A stretch of DNA of 64,000 bases, from contig JAGUZN010000211.1 in assembly GCA_020060775.1 (NCBI GenBank), positions 6,224-70,223 of the forward strand, read 5' to 3'. The translations under genes and the position numbers were made by a program. Shown here piece by piece: positions 19,335 through 28,628 of this stretch. Positions within the stretch are counted from its first letter, which is position 1. Every line of letters begins with the position of its first letter. The stretch is from Armatimonadota bacterium. Its GTDB lineage: Bacteria > Armatimonadota > Hebobacteria > CAIYQO01. A model generated the notes under the pieces. It had not been told where the DNA came from. It did no database searches and saw nothing but the letters and a program-made list of their open reading frames with translations.

Positions 19335-20682
19335 GGCACCCCTCCGGAGTTGAGCGTGTCGTGGTAGGCGGGAAGAACCGCGTAATCATCTGTCGTAAGG
19401 GCAAACGATTCAGGACAACCAGAAGAAGCGGGAGTGACAGTAACCCTCTTCCAAGGAGAACAGAATATAAATTGGACATAAAAATATACATGAGTGCAAC
19501 TGATATCGTAGCGCGCACGGCGATACCGACCGCATCGGTGTTCCAGCGATCAAAAAATATCTGTAACCAGATAAGACAAGCACAGACGGCTAGTGTGCCC
19601 AAAAAGACACCTGGCATACCCCAATCTGCGTAAAAGGTGGCAAAGTATGAGGCGTTGACCAAGCCGCCGGGAATAGTTGCATTGTAATAGTTATCATAAA
19701 TGAAAGAAGCGACGTTGATATAATCTGTCCCAACGACGAGAGAGACAAAGCGATTTGATGCGCCACACAAGTGTGGAAAATAGTTTGTAAAGGCGTCGAA
19801 GTACACTGCGCTTGTTTGTGAGGGAACCCAGGTGACTCGGCGGATCAAGTTTTCGAATGCAGATTGTACGGCAGCAGAACCGTGCAAGCCGAATAGTAGC
19901 GGGTAGATGAATGCTGGAACTAACATACCCCCAACACCGAGCACTATAACCGGCGTAGATAACTTACCTCGGTTGCTCATGTAGAAAGATAATCCGGCGC
20001 ACAGGAGAATGACGGCTAACGGTGCTTTGGCTGCAGTAAACAGCGAGAAGAGCGCTCCAGCTAGTATGACAGCCAAATAGTGAGAAACAGAAATGCGTTT
20101 TCTAACCAGCAAAGTTGTAATAAATGCAATATATACCGGGTAACCTAGTGCACGGTTGTAAGCATAGGCAACCGAAAGAATTGGATTTATATTACTAGTG
20201 AGTCCCCCAATGCGAAGAAACATCGTTTCTGTTGACTGCCCTGGGTTGTCAATAAGGAAAAAGAATGCGATCCCAGAAGCCCCTTTATCGAAGACAAAGA
20301 CAAAAGGTAGCAGCACAAACAATACCGATAATAATGGTGTAATATTTGTGAATACCACATCGCGATATGTCATACTAACTTTACCAAAACTACACTCGAT
20401 ATCACGAAATGAGTGCCCCAACACAGGGAGACCAAAACCGACAACAAATAGTACAATATAAGGGATACAAATTACTGATATAATGTAATGGACATTGCGT
20501 ATTTCGTGCTGGTATATCGAGAATGCCTGTAAGTAAATCAACACGATATACCCAACCATAAATATGGTCGGAAAAGAAAGTTTTTTGTATGGACCAAAGA
20601 GCAAGCGCGTCAACCAGAGCATAATGACAGGGTTGACGATGTAATACAAGAAAGCCAATATATCTTGGATGCTCATTGACAT
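19321..20682 (-). CDS. Polytopic membrane protein; a putative Wzy-type repeat-unit polymerase. It lies in the AT-rich segment.
   Basis: There are more than 10 predicted hydrophobic helices and no other homology. Its position between the GT genes and wzx is typical for wzy. The start is set at the internal ATG (20682) after the upstream gene stop; the track start 20775 overlaps capK by 86 bp. Confidence 0.5.
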   Translation of the reverse strand: MSMSIQDILAFLYYIVNPVIMLWLTRLLFGPYKKLSFPTIFMVGYIVLIYLQAFSIYQHEIRNVHYIISVICIPYIVLFVVGFGLPVLGHSFRDIECSFGKVSMTYRDVVFTNITPLLSVLFVLLPFVFVFDKGASGIAFFFLIDNPGQSTETMFLRIGGLTSNINPILSVAYAYNRALGYPVYIAFITTLLVRKRISVSHYLAVILAGALFSLFTAAKAPLAVILLCAGLSFYMSNRGKLSTPVIVLGVGGMLVPAFIYPLLFGLHGSAAVQSAFENLIRRVTWVPSQTSAVYFDAFTNYFPHLCGASNRFVSLVVGTDYINVASFIYDNYYNATIPGGLVNASYFATFYADWGMPGVFLGTLAVCACLIWLQIFFDRWNTDAVGIAVRATISVALMYIFMSNLYSVLLGRGLLSLPLLLVVLNRLPLRQMITRFFPPTTTRSTPEGCHAGS

Positions 20683-20689
20683 TCTTTCT

Positions 20690-22057
20690 TCACACGACAG
20701 CTTCCCTTGGTAAACGTGAGATAACTGTTCTGCGCTTACCGGATTCCCCTCTGTCAATACCTTCGACATACTCAAACGCGATCTGTATGTCAGATCCGAT
20801 CATACGAACGATACAGTCACGTAAGTAGTCTTCGTCGTCTGAGGAATACTTCGGACACTTGACAATATTAACTGTCAAGTGTTTCCAGTCATGCTGAACG
20901 ATTTGGTATTCTTTCACGGTGGGACGATCGCTAAAGACAATGGTGAACGCTGGAGCTGTCACTATCATTCCTTCAGGGGTACGTATACAGTCATCCACAC
21001 GGCCTTCAAGCGAGGCAATTCTTGGTAAATGACGCCCGCAAGGGCAAGAGGTACCTTCATCAGCAAAAGTACCGATATCGCCAATTTCGTAGCGAATGAA
21101 CGGAAAAGCATAATTATGCAAATCCGTAACGACTATGCGCCCGGTCACCCCTGGTGGGCACGGACGCCCTTGATCATCGAGAATTTCGATATATACGCAA
21201 TCAGCATTTATGTGCATGCCTCGATGCACTTCACACTCTGCCGCAATACTCATTTCACGACTACCATAGGCATCAAACACCTTGCAGGAGAATACTTCCT
21301 CTATAATTGCTCTTTGCTGTGGAAATAGAGTATCTGACGAAGTCATAATCGTGTTGACATTGGCTGAAATATTATTATCTTTCATTAGATGTGCAAATTG
21401 CGAAATAGCGGACGCGTAGCCACAAAGTGCCACAGGTTTAAATGTGTGTAGTTCGTGCAGAAAATTTTTTAGAGTTTCTGGGGATAACTGATAGGCAGAT
21501 ACCCAACGAAACCTTAAAAGACGACTGGTGATTCTTGATACGAGTCTCTGCATAAGAAAATAGTCGAAATGGGATCCACTAACCTTAATATACTTCTCTC
21601 CGATGTGTAATCCTGCCCAAGCACTGTTCCGAATCACTGCAGCCCTGATGTAGTCTAGTGCAGCAGTATTATGAAAAAAACGCGTTGGGACGCCTGTCGA
21701 ACCACCTGTTCTCCCTGCGACGAGTTGCTCTATTGGAAAAGCTGTGGAGATCATTCTATCAAAGTTTTCATTGATCCTCGCTTTTGTAAGAATTGGGAGC
21801 TGTTGAAGATCCTTCAACGAGGTGAGCGCTTTCGGATTAAGGCCAGACTGTTGTAGGGTTGTCGTATAGTACGGGACGGTGGCAGCAGCATGCTGAAGCA
21901 ACGCCTGTAGGCGGTCGAGTTGGTATGATGCAATTTGTTCTGCAGACCACCATTGTTGCTCATCGAGTTCTGCGATCCGCCGACTCAAGTTACGTCCACG
22001 CAAGCGGTCGAAGCAGGGGTAAAGCACACGCTTTGCTAATACAGGATACCAGTCCAT
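20690..22057 (-). CDS. CapK / coenzyme F390 synthetase / phenylacetate-CoA-ligase-like adenylate-forming enzyme.
   Basis: Has the PaaK-like fold signature (…GGSTGVPTRFFH… …YGSREMS…). Homologues are recurrent in capsule loci (CapK). Confidence 0.75.
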   Translation of the reverse strand: MDWYPVLAKRVLYPCFDRLRGRNLSRRIAELDEQQWWSAEQIASYQLDRLQALLQHAAATVPYYTTTLQQSGLNPKALTSLKDLQQLPILTKARINENFDRMISTAFPIEQLVAGRTGGSTGVPTRFFHNTAALDYIRAAVIRNSAWAGLHIGEKYIKVSGSHFDYFLMQRLVSRITSRLLRFRWVSAYQLSPETLKNFLHELHTFKPVALCGYASAISQFAHLMKDNNISANVNTIMTSSDTLFPQQRAIIEEVFSCKVFDAYGSREMSIAAECEVHRGMHINADCVYIEILDDQGRPCPPGVTGRIVVTDLHNYAFPFIRYEIGDIGTFADEGTSCPCGRHLPRIASLEGRVDDCIRTPEGMIVTAPAFTIVFSDRPTVKEYQIVQHDWKHLTVNIVKCPKYSSDDEDYLRDCIVRMIGSDIQIAFEYVEGIDRGESGKRRTVISRLPREAVV

Positions 22058-23392
22058 CTATCTATTACCTTTAGCGACTAGATGCAGAATTGTAATGGCC
22101 ATTACGACATTAATCAAGATGCCTGCCAAGCTGTATAGACCAATACCCAACAGAGCATCATTCATGAACAACGCTATTGCAATAACGCTTGCACGAAGAG
22201 AGAAACCGAAGACTTCGATGACCGTCAGCCAACGCTGTGCACCGATTACCTGAAACACGACTGAAGTAGGCTGTACAGCCAGTACCACTAACAGCCACGG
22301 CAAAATAAAACGTGCATACTCACCGGAAACACGGTAGTTCTCGCCAAAGACAACGGCAAATAGATCAGGTGAGTACACAAAGAGTATAACCGCAGGGATC
22401 AGAGCTAGCCCTATCAAGGAGGCATATACCATGAGCACTAACTTTTTCAGGCTATTACCGGCATGATGATAAGTACACGCCTTCTGATAAAACACGGTAG
22501 TAAAGGACTGACTGACTAATGTAATTGGGATGGCCAATACGCGAAACGCCAGAAAGTAGTGCCCGGCGACTGCCGTACCGAAGGCAATGGGAAATAACAG
22601 CCCGGGCAGGTGCATGGCGGCTCCACCGAGCAGGGCATTCACGGTGGAGAACCGGGGAAAGTCGCGAAACGTTCGAGCGACCGTGCGCATTCGCGGGAGA
22701 CTGATGCCGCTAAAGGCCGCTCGGTTATCCCGCCATGCGCCACGCGCAAGCGAGAACACTCCCCCACTGCGACCGATAATATCTCCACACAACAACCCGA
22801 ATGCCCCTGCGTGCAACAGGCCAAGTCCGACTTGGGATAGCACCATGCCGATGCCCTGGGTAATTTTCGTCGTTGAGATCCGAGCGTACGATTGTTGCCG
22901 GATAGCGAGAAAATTGAACGCTTGATACCCCCCGGACCCCAGCAGGCCCAGGGGAATAAGGAATATAAACTTGCCGATGGATGGGTCGCCGATCAGTTGT
23001 GCAATGCGTCCACCGAATAACAACGTGACCACCAGTGTCGCCAGAGACATCATTAGCAGTAGCGCGATCGAGAGCGCAAGCAGATTCGATGCTTGTCGAT
23101 CACGCTTGGCCACCGGGATTGCCTGTTCGTAGCGCCACGACCCCAGGATAACCAATACGGAAACGACGGCCGTGAAGAACGAGAGCACCCCAAAGTCTTT
23201 CGGGTCATACAAGCGGCTAAGAATAGGAGATGACGCCGCGGCGACGACTTGAGCAATGGCTGTCCCTCCGGCAACCATTGTGACATTCCACCCGAAGCGT
23301 CCGCGGCCAAATACTGATCTCAATAGCGAAGGGACCGCAGAAATGGAAAACGGCCTTCCCGTTACCGTACTGACGGGGAGCGTATCAGGCAT
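22058..23392 (-). CDS. Wzx-type polysaccharide flippase (MOP/PST family).
   Basis: 12-TM topology, and the N-terminal region (…VTMVAGGTAIAQVVAAASSPILSRLY…) is typical of this family. The start is chosen at MPDTLPVS (23392), just after the Wzz stop. The track start 23605 would overlap Wzz by 220 bp. Confidence 0.8.
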   Translation of the reverse strand: MPDTLPVSTVTGRPFSISAVPSLLRSVFGRGRFGWNVTMVAGGTAIAQVVAAASSPILSRLYDPKDFGVLSFFTAVVSVLVILGSWRYEQAIPVAKRDRQASNLLALSIALLLMMSLATLVVTLLFGGRIAQLIGDPSIGKFIFLIPLGLLGSGGYQAFNFLAIRQQSYARISTTKITQGIGMVLSQVGLGLLHAGAFGLLCGDIIGRSGGVFSLARGAWRDNRAAFSGISLPRMRTVARTFRDFPRFSTVNALLGGAAMHLPGLLFPIAFGTAVAGHYFLAFRVLAIPITLVSQSFTTVFYQKACTYHHAGNSLKKLVLMVYASLIGLALIPAVILFVYSPDLFAVVFGENYRVSGEYARFILPWLLVVLAVQPTSVVFQVIGAQRWLTVIEVFGFSLRASVIAIALFMNDALLGIGLYSLAGILINVVMAITILHLVAKGNR

Positions 23393-24826
23393 GGGTTCCC
23401 TCGTGAAGCTGTTGAGCATCCAACACCACCTGGGTGCGGAACCATTCACGATACGGCAGGAGCGTGGCGAACGCCAAACCGAGCAAGGCCAGGAGCACAA
23501 TGATACGTACTCGACCAGCGCTATCCGGTTGCTCGGGCAACTCGGCGTGGTCCAGCAACACGAAATTCGGTCCTCGTGACTGCTCGACAATGCGCGCTTT
23601 TTCAAGTTCCTGGCGCAGCAACTTCACGGTAGCGACGTTTGCCTCTAACTCTGCCTGCAATCGGGCATACGCCGCTTGCTGCTTGGGTAACCTTTCAACG
23701 GTTGTTTGCATCTTGCGTAAAGCGGCATCCAGCCCCTCGGCACGCGCATGGCTGGCTGCCGCCTGGATCACTGCGGGGTACAATACCGGGGATCCACCTT
23801 GATCGAGTGCAGAGAGTTGACGATCAATTTCTGCATTGAGGACCTTCTGGGCACGCTGCAATTCGGCTTGTTTGGCCTGTACATCCGGGTGGTGAGCGGT
23901 CAATTTCTCTGACAGCAGCGCCAACTCAGTCTCGATTTTCGTGACCTGTTGGTAAAGCTGTGCAAGCGTATTACCTACTGCCGGGTTTGGATCAATGCAC
24001 GCTTCAACCATCTTGCCGGCCACGTCGGTCATCACGCGCACCTGTCGCATGGCTGTGGAGGCCTCGAGATCTGCCGCAGTTTTGTCGCTTTGCATCTTGG
24101 CATACTGTTCGGCCAATGCTCTCGCCTGGTCAGGCATGGATACAATATGGTTGGCCCGTTGAAAATCCAACATGGCCGACGTCGCAACCCGGAGTTTGCG
24201 ATCAGCCTCCTGCACTTGCTGTTCCAGAAAAGCAACACTCTGTTCAGCAGGATTGATGCCGAGTTCTTTGGAGAGTACCTGGAGTTCATGCACCAGTGCT
24301 GACGCAACCCTGTAGGCGGTCTGCGGCTGACGGTCACGGAAGCCAACATATAACTCGCCCTGCTTACCGACCTTAATCTCCATATTCTCGCGGAGCTTCT
24401 CCAGTGTTTCGCGATCGTCCAGCTTCCACGCGTTCGCCAAGTCAAGGGGGTCATTCGCATCGTGATGCAATTGATGCAGTACCTCGCGCAACGATCGGTT
24501 GCTCTCAAGAATCAGGCTGGCCGTGACAGCACTGGTGCCAGGTTGGGGAACCATTAAGGCCCCTTCCAGTAAGGGCAGACTGGGTAGGTCACCGCTTCCA
24601 CCACCACCGAGTAAGCTCATTCGGGAGGCGGGGGCGGAAGGGAAGAGCAGGGTCGCTGTTGATGTATAGGTCGTTGGACGCAGTACGGCAATGACGATGC
24701 CCAGGAGAAGACCGATAGCCATACCGACTAACAGCGTTTTCCGGTACTTCCACACAATGGACAGGAAGCGGGGAGGCATAGGCACTGTTGGGCATTCCGC
24801 AAGGTGATCGATTTGCTGTGTCATGG
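23385..24826 (-). CDS. Wzz/GumC/ExoP-family polysaccharide co-polymerase (chain-length determinant). There is no C-terminal kinase domain.
   Basis: Two terminal TM helices flank a long coiled-coil periplasmic region. The start is MTQQIDHL (24826) with an AGGA upstream. Confidence 0.7.
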
Positions 24827-25353
24827 TCAGTCCTGCAGCTTCAGTTCGGTCGATTCGGCGACTTTCGGGGGAAGGTCGCCAGGGAATGTTCTCCTGATGG
24901 ATGTCATCGAGTAGGGGCCGCCCGAAAATCGGGCAACGCATTTCCCCATCAGTTCACTTCAACAATAGTGGCAAGACGAGTGCCCGATTTACCTGGGGGG
25001 TGTGCACTATATCTCTCGCCTATCAGGGTACCGCGCGTTGACGTGCCGCAAACCTGCGACCTGCGTTCCGCCCGGAATAACTGACAGTCCGATACCGGGG
25101 CGTGCGCAAAGCCGCTGTCAGTCCTGCGCCCTGTGTTCGACAACACCGGTAAGCACCAGTACTTCTCTCGTGACTGCTGGCTATTGTACCCGCTTTGGAC
25201 AAGCGTTTCAAGCCATCCCCCAAGGTGCCTGCTCTTCTCTGCCATGCTGCCAGGCAGTTCCACGTGATGCGTGATCTGTCCACGCATACCCTTTGACATG
25301 TCGCATACCTCCTACCCCGTACCGGCTTGATCGGCGTGCTCGCATGATTGAGT

Positions 25354-25385
25354 CAGGGTGCAGGTTGGGTGAAAGCTGCACCCTG
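25354..25385 (+). promoter_or_regulatory. Strong hairpin in the 5' leader of the divergent aminotransferase gene (CAGGGTGCAG-12 nt-CTGCACCCTG). A second hairpin, CGTGCAC-tct-GTGCACG, lies at ~25437-25453.
   Basis: A perfect 10-bp inverted repeat sits in a 715-bp divergent intergenic region between wzz and degT2. Confidence 0.35.
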
Positions 25386-25541
25386 TGGTTCCCGTTTATC
25401 GGGACTCCTGCACTCCCCGTCACCATGGGTGTACAACCGTGCACTCTGTGCACGAACCTTGTCGCGACTTCGGCGATTACCGATCCATGGGCGGTCTACA
25501 CTGGAGATAACGCGGGTTCCAGGGGAAGGATGTGGCGGACC

Positions 25542-26702
25542 ATGAGGGTCAAGTCGTTTTTACCGTTTGCGCCGCCGGCGATCGGCGAGGAAGAGATCGA
25601 AGAGGTGGTGGACAGTCTGCACTCGGACTGGATCACCACCGGGCCGAAAGTGCAGCAGTTCCAGCAGGCGTTCGCGGAGTATCTGGGGTCACCAGGGGCG
25701 CTGGCGTTGAATTCCTGCACGGCGGGGCTGCACACGGCGCTGGCGACGCTGGGCATCGGGCACGGCGACGAGGTGATCACCACGCCGATGACCTTTGCGG
25801 CATCGGTGAATGTGATCGAGCATGTGGGGGCAACGCCGGTGCTGGCGGACGTGGAGCCGGATACGCTGAACATCGACCCGGCGCGAGTGGAACCGGCGAT
25901 CACGCCGCGCACGCGCGCCCTGCTCATCGTGCATTACAGCGGGCACCCGGCGAACCTGGCGGCACTGCGCGACCTGGCTTACCGTCACGGCCTGGCCATG
26001 GTCGAAGATGCCGCCCATGCGTTGCCGGCACGCTACCGCGGCGAACTGATCGGCGCTTCATCCACCCCGACCGCCTTCAGCTTTTACGCCACCAAGAATA
26101 TGACGACCGCCGAGGGAGGCATGCTCACCGGCGATCCGGAGTTCATCGAGCGCGCGCGCATGATCAGCCTGCATGGGATGAACCGCGATGCCTGGAAGCG
26201 CTATGGCCAGGGCGGCAACTGGTTCTACGAGGTGGTGTTCCCCGGATTCAAATATAACATGACGGATATCCAGGCGGCCATGGGCATTCACCAGTTGCAG
26301 AAGCTGGAGCAGTTTCAACGGCGCCGGCAGCAGATCGTGCAGGCGTACACCGCCGCCTTCGCCGGAGAGGATACACTGGAGACGCCCACCGTGCGTCCGG
26401 ATGTCGAGCATGCCTGGCATCTGTACGTGCTGCGGCTGCGCCATGCAGCGCTCACCATCTCGCGTGAACAGTTCATCGAGGAGTTGGGACAGCGGAATAT
26501 CGGTACTTCGGTGCATTTCATCCCGATTCACCTGCACCCCTATTACCGCGACAAATACGGGTACCGCCCGGGCGATTTCCCGGTCGCCTACGAACACTAT
26601 CAGCGCATGCTTAGCCTGCCGCTGCACCCGCGTATGTCGGAAGAAGATGTGGCGGATGTGATCGACGCGGTGCTGGATGTGACGAGGCACTACCACCGAT
26701 GA
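25542..26702 (+). CDS. DegT/ArnB/PglE-family sugar aminotransferase (copy 2).
   Basis: Begins MRVKSFLPFAPPAIGEEEIEEVVDSLHSDWITTGPKV... and contains ...SFYATKNMTTAEGGM... GGAAGGA lies 12 nt upstream of this ATG. The track start 25293 adds an 83-aa GC-rich extension. Confidence 0.9.
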   Translation: MRVKSFLPFAPPAIGEEEIEEVVDSLHSDWITTGPKVQQFQQAFAEYLGSPGALALNSCTAGLHTALATLGIGHGDEVITTPMTFAASVNVIEHVGATPVLADVEPDTLNIDPARVEPAITPRTRALLIVHYSGHPANLAALRDLAYRHGLAMVEDAAHALPARYRGELIGASSTPTAFSFYATKNMTTAEGGMLTGDPEFIERARMISLHGMNRDAWKRYGQGGNWFYEVVFPGFKYNMTDIQAAMGIHQLQKLEQFQRRRQQIVQAYTAAFAGEDTLETPTVRPDVEHAWHLYVLRLRHAALTISREQFIEELGQRNIGTSVHFIPIHLHPYYRDKYGYRPGDFPVAYEHYQRMLSLPLHPRMSEEDVADVIDAVLDVTRHYHR

Positions 26703-27295
26703 CCATGGCGAAACGGTGCTTCGATCTCTGGTGGACGGTGCTGGGGCTCGTGCTGCTCTGCCCGTTGTTCCTGCTCATCGCGCTGGTGATCTGGCTGGAC
26801 GACCGCGGCCCGGTCTTTTACCGGCAGGTGCGCGTGGGACGGAACGGCATGCCGTTCCGCATCTGGAAGTTTCGCACCATGACGGTCAACGCCGACCGCA
26901 TCGGCGCGGCACTGACGGTAGGGCGCGACCCGCGCATCACGCGCATTGGCCACTGGCTGCGCGCATCCAAGCTGGACGAGTTGCCGCAACTCTTCAACGT
27001 GCTCACCGGCGAAATGAGCCTGGTGGGTCCGCGCCCGGAGGTGCCGGATTACGTGGCGCACTACACCACCGAACAACAGCCCGTGTTGGTCCTCATACCC
27101 GGCATCACCGATCCGGCCTCAATCACCTATCGCGATGAGAGCGAGGTGCTGGGGGCTGCGGAGGATCCACAACGCCTCTATCTGCAGGAGATCATGCCGG
27201 CGAAAATCCGCCTGAACCTCGACTATGCCGAACGCGCGAACGTATTCACCGATTTCACAGTGATCCTGCACACCTTCGCCAGGATCGTCCGCTAA
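26699..27295 (+). CDS. Small monotopic phosphoglycosyltransferase (PglC-like, copy 2).
   Basis: Shares the …FRIWKFRTM…LDELPQLFNVLTGEMSLVGPRPE… core. It overlaps the aminotransferase stop by 4 bp. Confidence 0.88.
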   Translation: MTMAKRCFDLWWTVLGLVLLCPLFLLIALVIWLDDRGPVFYRQVRVGRNGMPFRIWKFRTMTVNADRIGAALTVGRDPRITRIGHWLRASKLDELPQLFNVLTGEMSLVGPRPEVPDYVAHYTTEQQPVLVLIPGITDPASITYRDESEVLGAAEDPQRLYLQEIMPAKIRLNLDYAERANVFTDFTVILHTFARIVR

Positions 27296-27464
27296 CTCCC
27301 CTACCCTGCCCATCATAAATAATTTCATGGTGGTCTGCAACTGTGTTTCCCGGCGCGCGTATGAATGGGTGTAGGACGCCACAGCCCCCAGCGCGATCCG
27401 CCCATCCTGTTTGAGTTCGGGCGCACGGCCCCCCGACGCCCACGTTGCCGAAAGGAGGCACACC

Positions 27465-28568
27465 ATGTTCATCCGAACTCTGCTGATCGCGGGCCTCACC
27501 CTCGCCCTGGGGATCAGCGCGGTCATCCCCGCTCTGGCAGACCGCGACGAAGACCGTGGCAATGACCGCGGACAACGGCGCGGCCCTAAAGTGACCGTAC
27601 GAGTCAATAACGCCGTTGACCCGGCCGAGACGCGCGCCTTTCACCAGTGGTACGGCACCCAGGCGCAGCGCTACAACGACTTCGACTCCGAGCTTGGCGC
27701 GCGCACCGGCGATTTCCTGCTGCTGGTGACGGACGTGACGCCGGGACGCATCATGGTGCTCGACCGGCAAAATGTGCGCAAGGCCGTCTTCGTGACCGAC
27801 AAGACGCGCGTCACGTTTGCCAAACCTGGTGATCGCCGCAGCCCGGAGAAACGCTCCCCCTATGGCAGCACTCCGATGCCCTTCTACCCGGGCGACCTGG
27901 TGGTGGTGCAGGGCATCCTGCGCGCCGAAGGGGGCGTGCTGGCGACGCGGGTGTCGATCGTGGGCCATTCGTATGGCTGGGGTGATGATTACTCTCCCTA
28001 TCCTGAGTATCATGGTTATCGCGCGTGGGGTGAGATTCGCTATGTCGATGCCCGACGCCAGCGACTGGAAGTGAGTGCCAATACCGGGCGCAAGATCCTG
28101 TTGCTTGATGAGGATACGCGCATCCTGGCGAACGGCCAGCACGAGTCGTTCCGCTACCTGCGCCCCGGACAGCGCGTGGTGTTCTATTACACGGACGAAG
28201 GATACTCTTCGGTGCGGGTCACACGCCTGGTAGTGCTACGCCCCGGCGATACCTACCCGCAGGGTGATCGCCCGCACTGGGCAGACCCGGACTACTCTTC
28301 AGATGGCTGGGAACGTGACGACCACGTGCCCGGCATCTCCGTGGAGGGACGGTTGGAGTATATATCGAGCGGACTGATCTTCAATCGCCTGGTCATCAGG
28401 ACGGACCATCGGAAAGAAGTCCAGGTCATGGCCTTCAAGGGATTGCAGGCGGTGGAGCGCAATGGGACACGCATCCCGCTGGCCGATTTGCGCGCCGGTG
28501 AAGAACTGCGCATTACCTATACCAACCTGGGTGATCTGCTGCTGGCTGATCGGATTGAGATCCGCTAA
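27465..28568 (+). CDS. Exported hypothetical protein of 367 aa (signal peptide MFIRTLLIAGLTLALGISAVIPALA).
   Basis: It has the best SD in the window (AAAGGAGG-7 nt-ATG). The track ORF starts at an upstream TTG. There is no recognisable catalytic motif, and the sequence is beta-rich. Confidence 0.6.
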   Translation: MFIRTLLIAGLTLALGISAVIPALADRDEDRGNDRGQRRGPKVTVRVNNAVDPAETRAFHQWYGTQAQRYNDFDSELGARTGDFLLLVTDVTPGRIMVLDRQNVRKAVFVTDKTRVTFAKPGDRRSPEKRSPYGSTPMPFYPGDLVVVQGILRAEGGVLATRVSIVGHSYGWGDDYSPYPEYHGYRAWGEIRYVDARRQRLEVSANTGRKILLLDEDTRILANGQHESFRYLRPGQRVVFYYTDEGYSSVRVTRLVVLRPGDTYPQGDRPHWADPDYSSDGWERDDHVPGISVEGRLEYISSGLIFNRLVIRTDHRKEVQVMAFKGLQAVERNGTRIPLADLRAGEELRITYTNLGDLLLADRIEIR

Positions 28569-28628
28569 CAGCATGTATCCCGGGTACACCGCTCTCCGCG
28601 ATCAGCGTCGCGGGGAGCGGTGTTGCGC

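Noticed and set aside
23393-23605. 71-aa N-terminal extension of the Wzx flippase. Analogous extensions occur on degT2 (25293-25541) and rlmD (39319-39408), and the upstream TTG starts on 27411 and 31013.
   Set aside because: The extensions are Cys/Arg/Trp-rich and overlap upstream genes. Internal ATGs preceded by purine-rich RBS-like sequence give family-typical N-termini.
24949-25299. ORFs of 80-116 aa in the wzz/degT2 divergent intergenic region (24949-25299 -, 25002-25274 +, 25023-25283 -, 25208-25453 -).
   Set aside because: They overlap each other in several frames. None has an RBS or a convincing start, and their compositions are GC-artefact-like. The region is better interpreted as regulatory.
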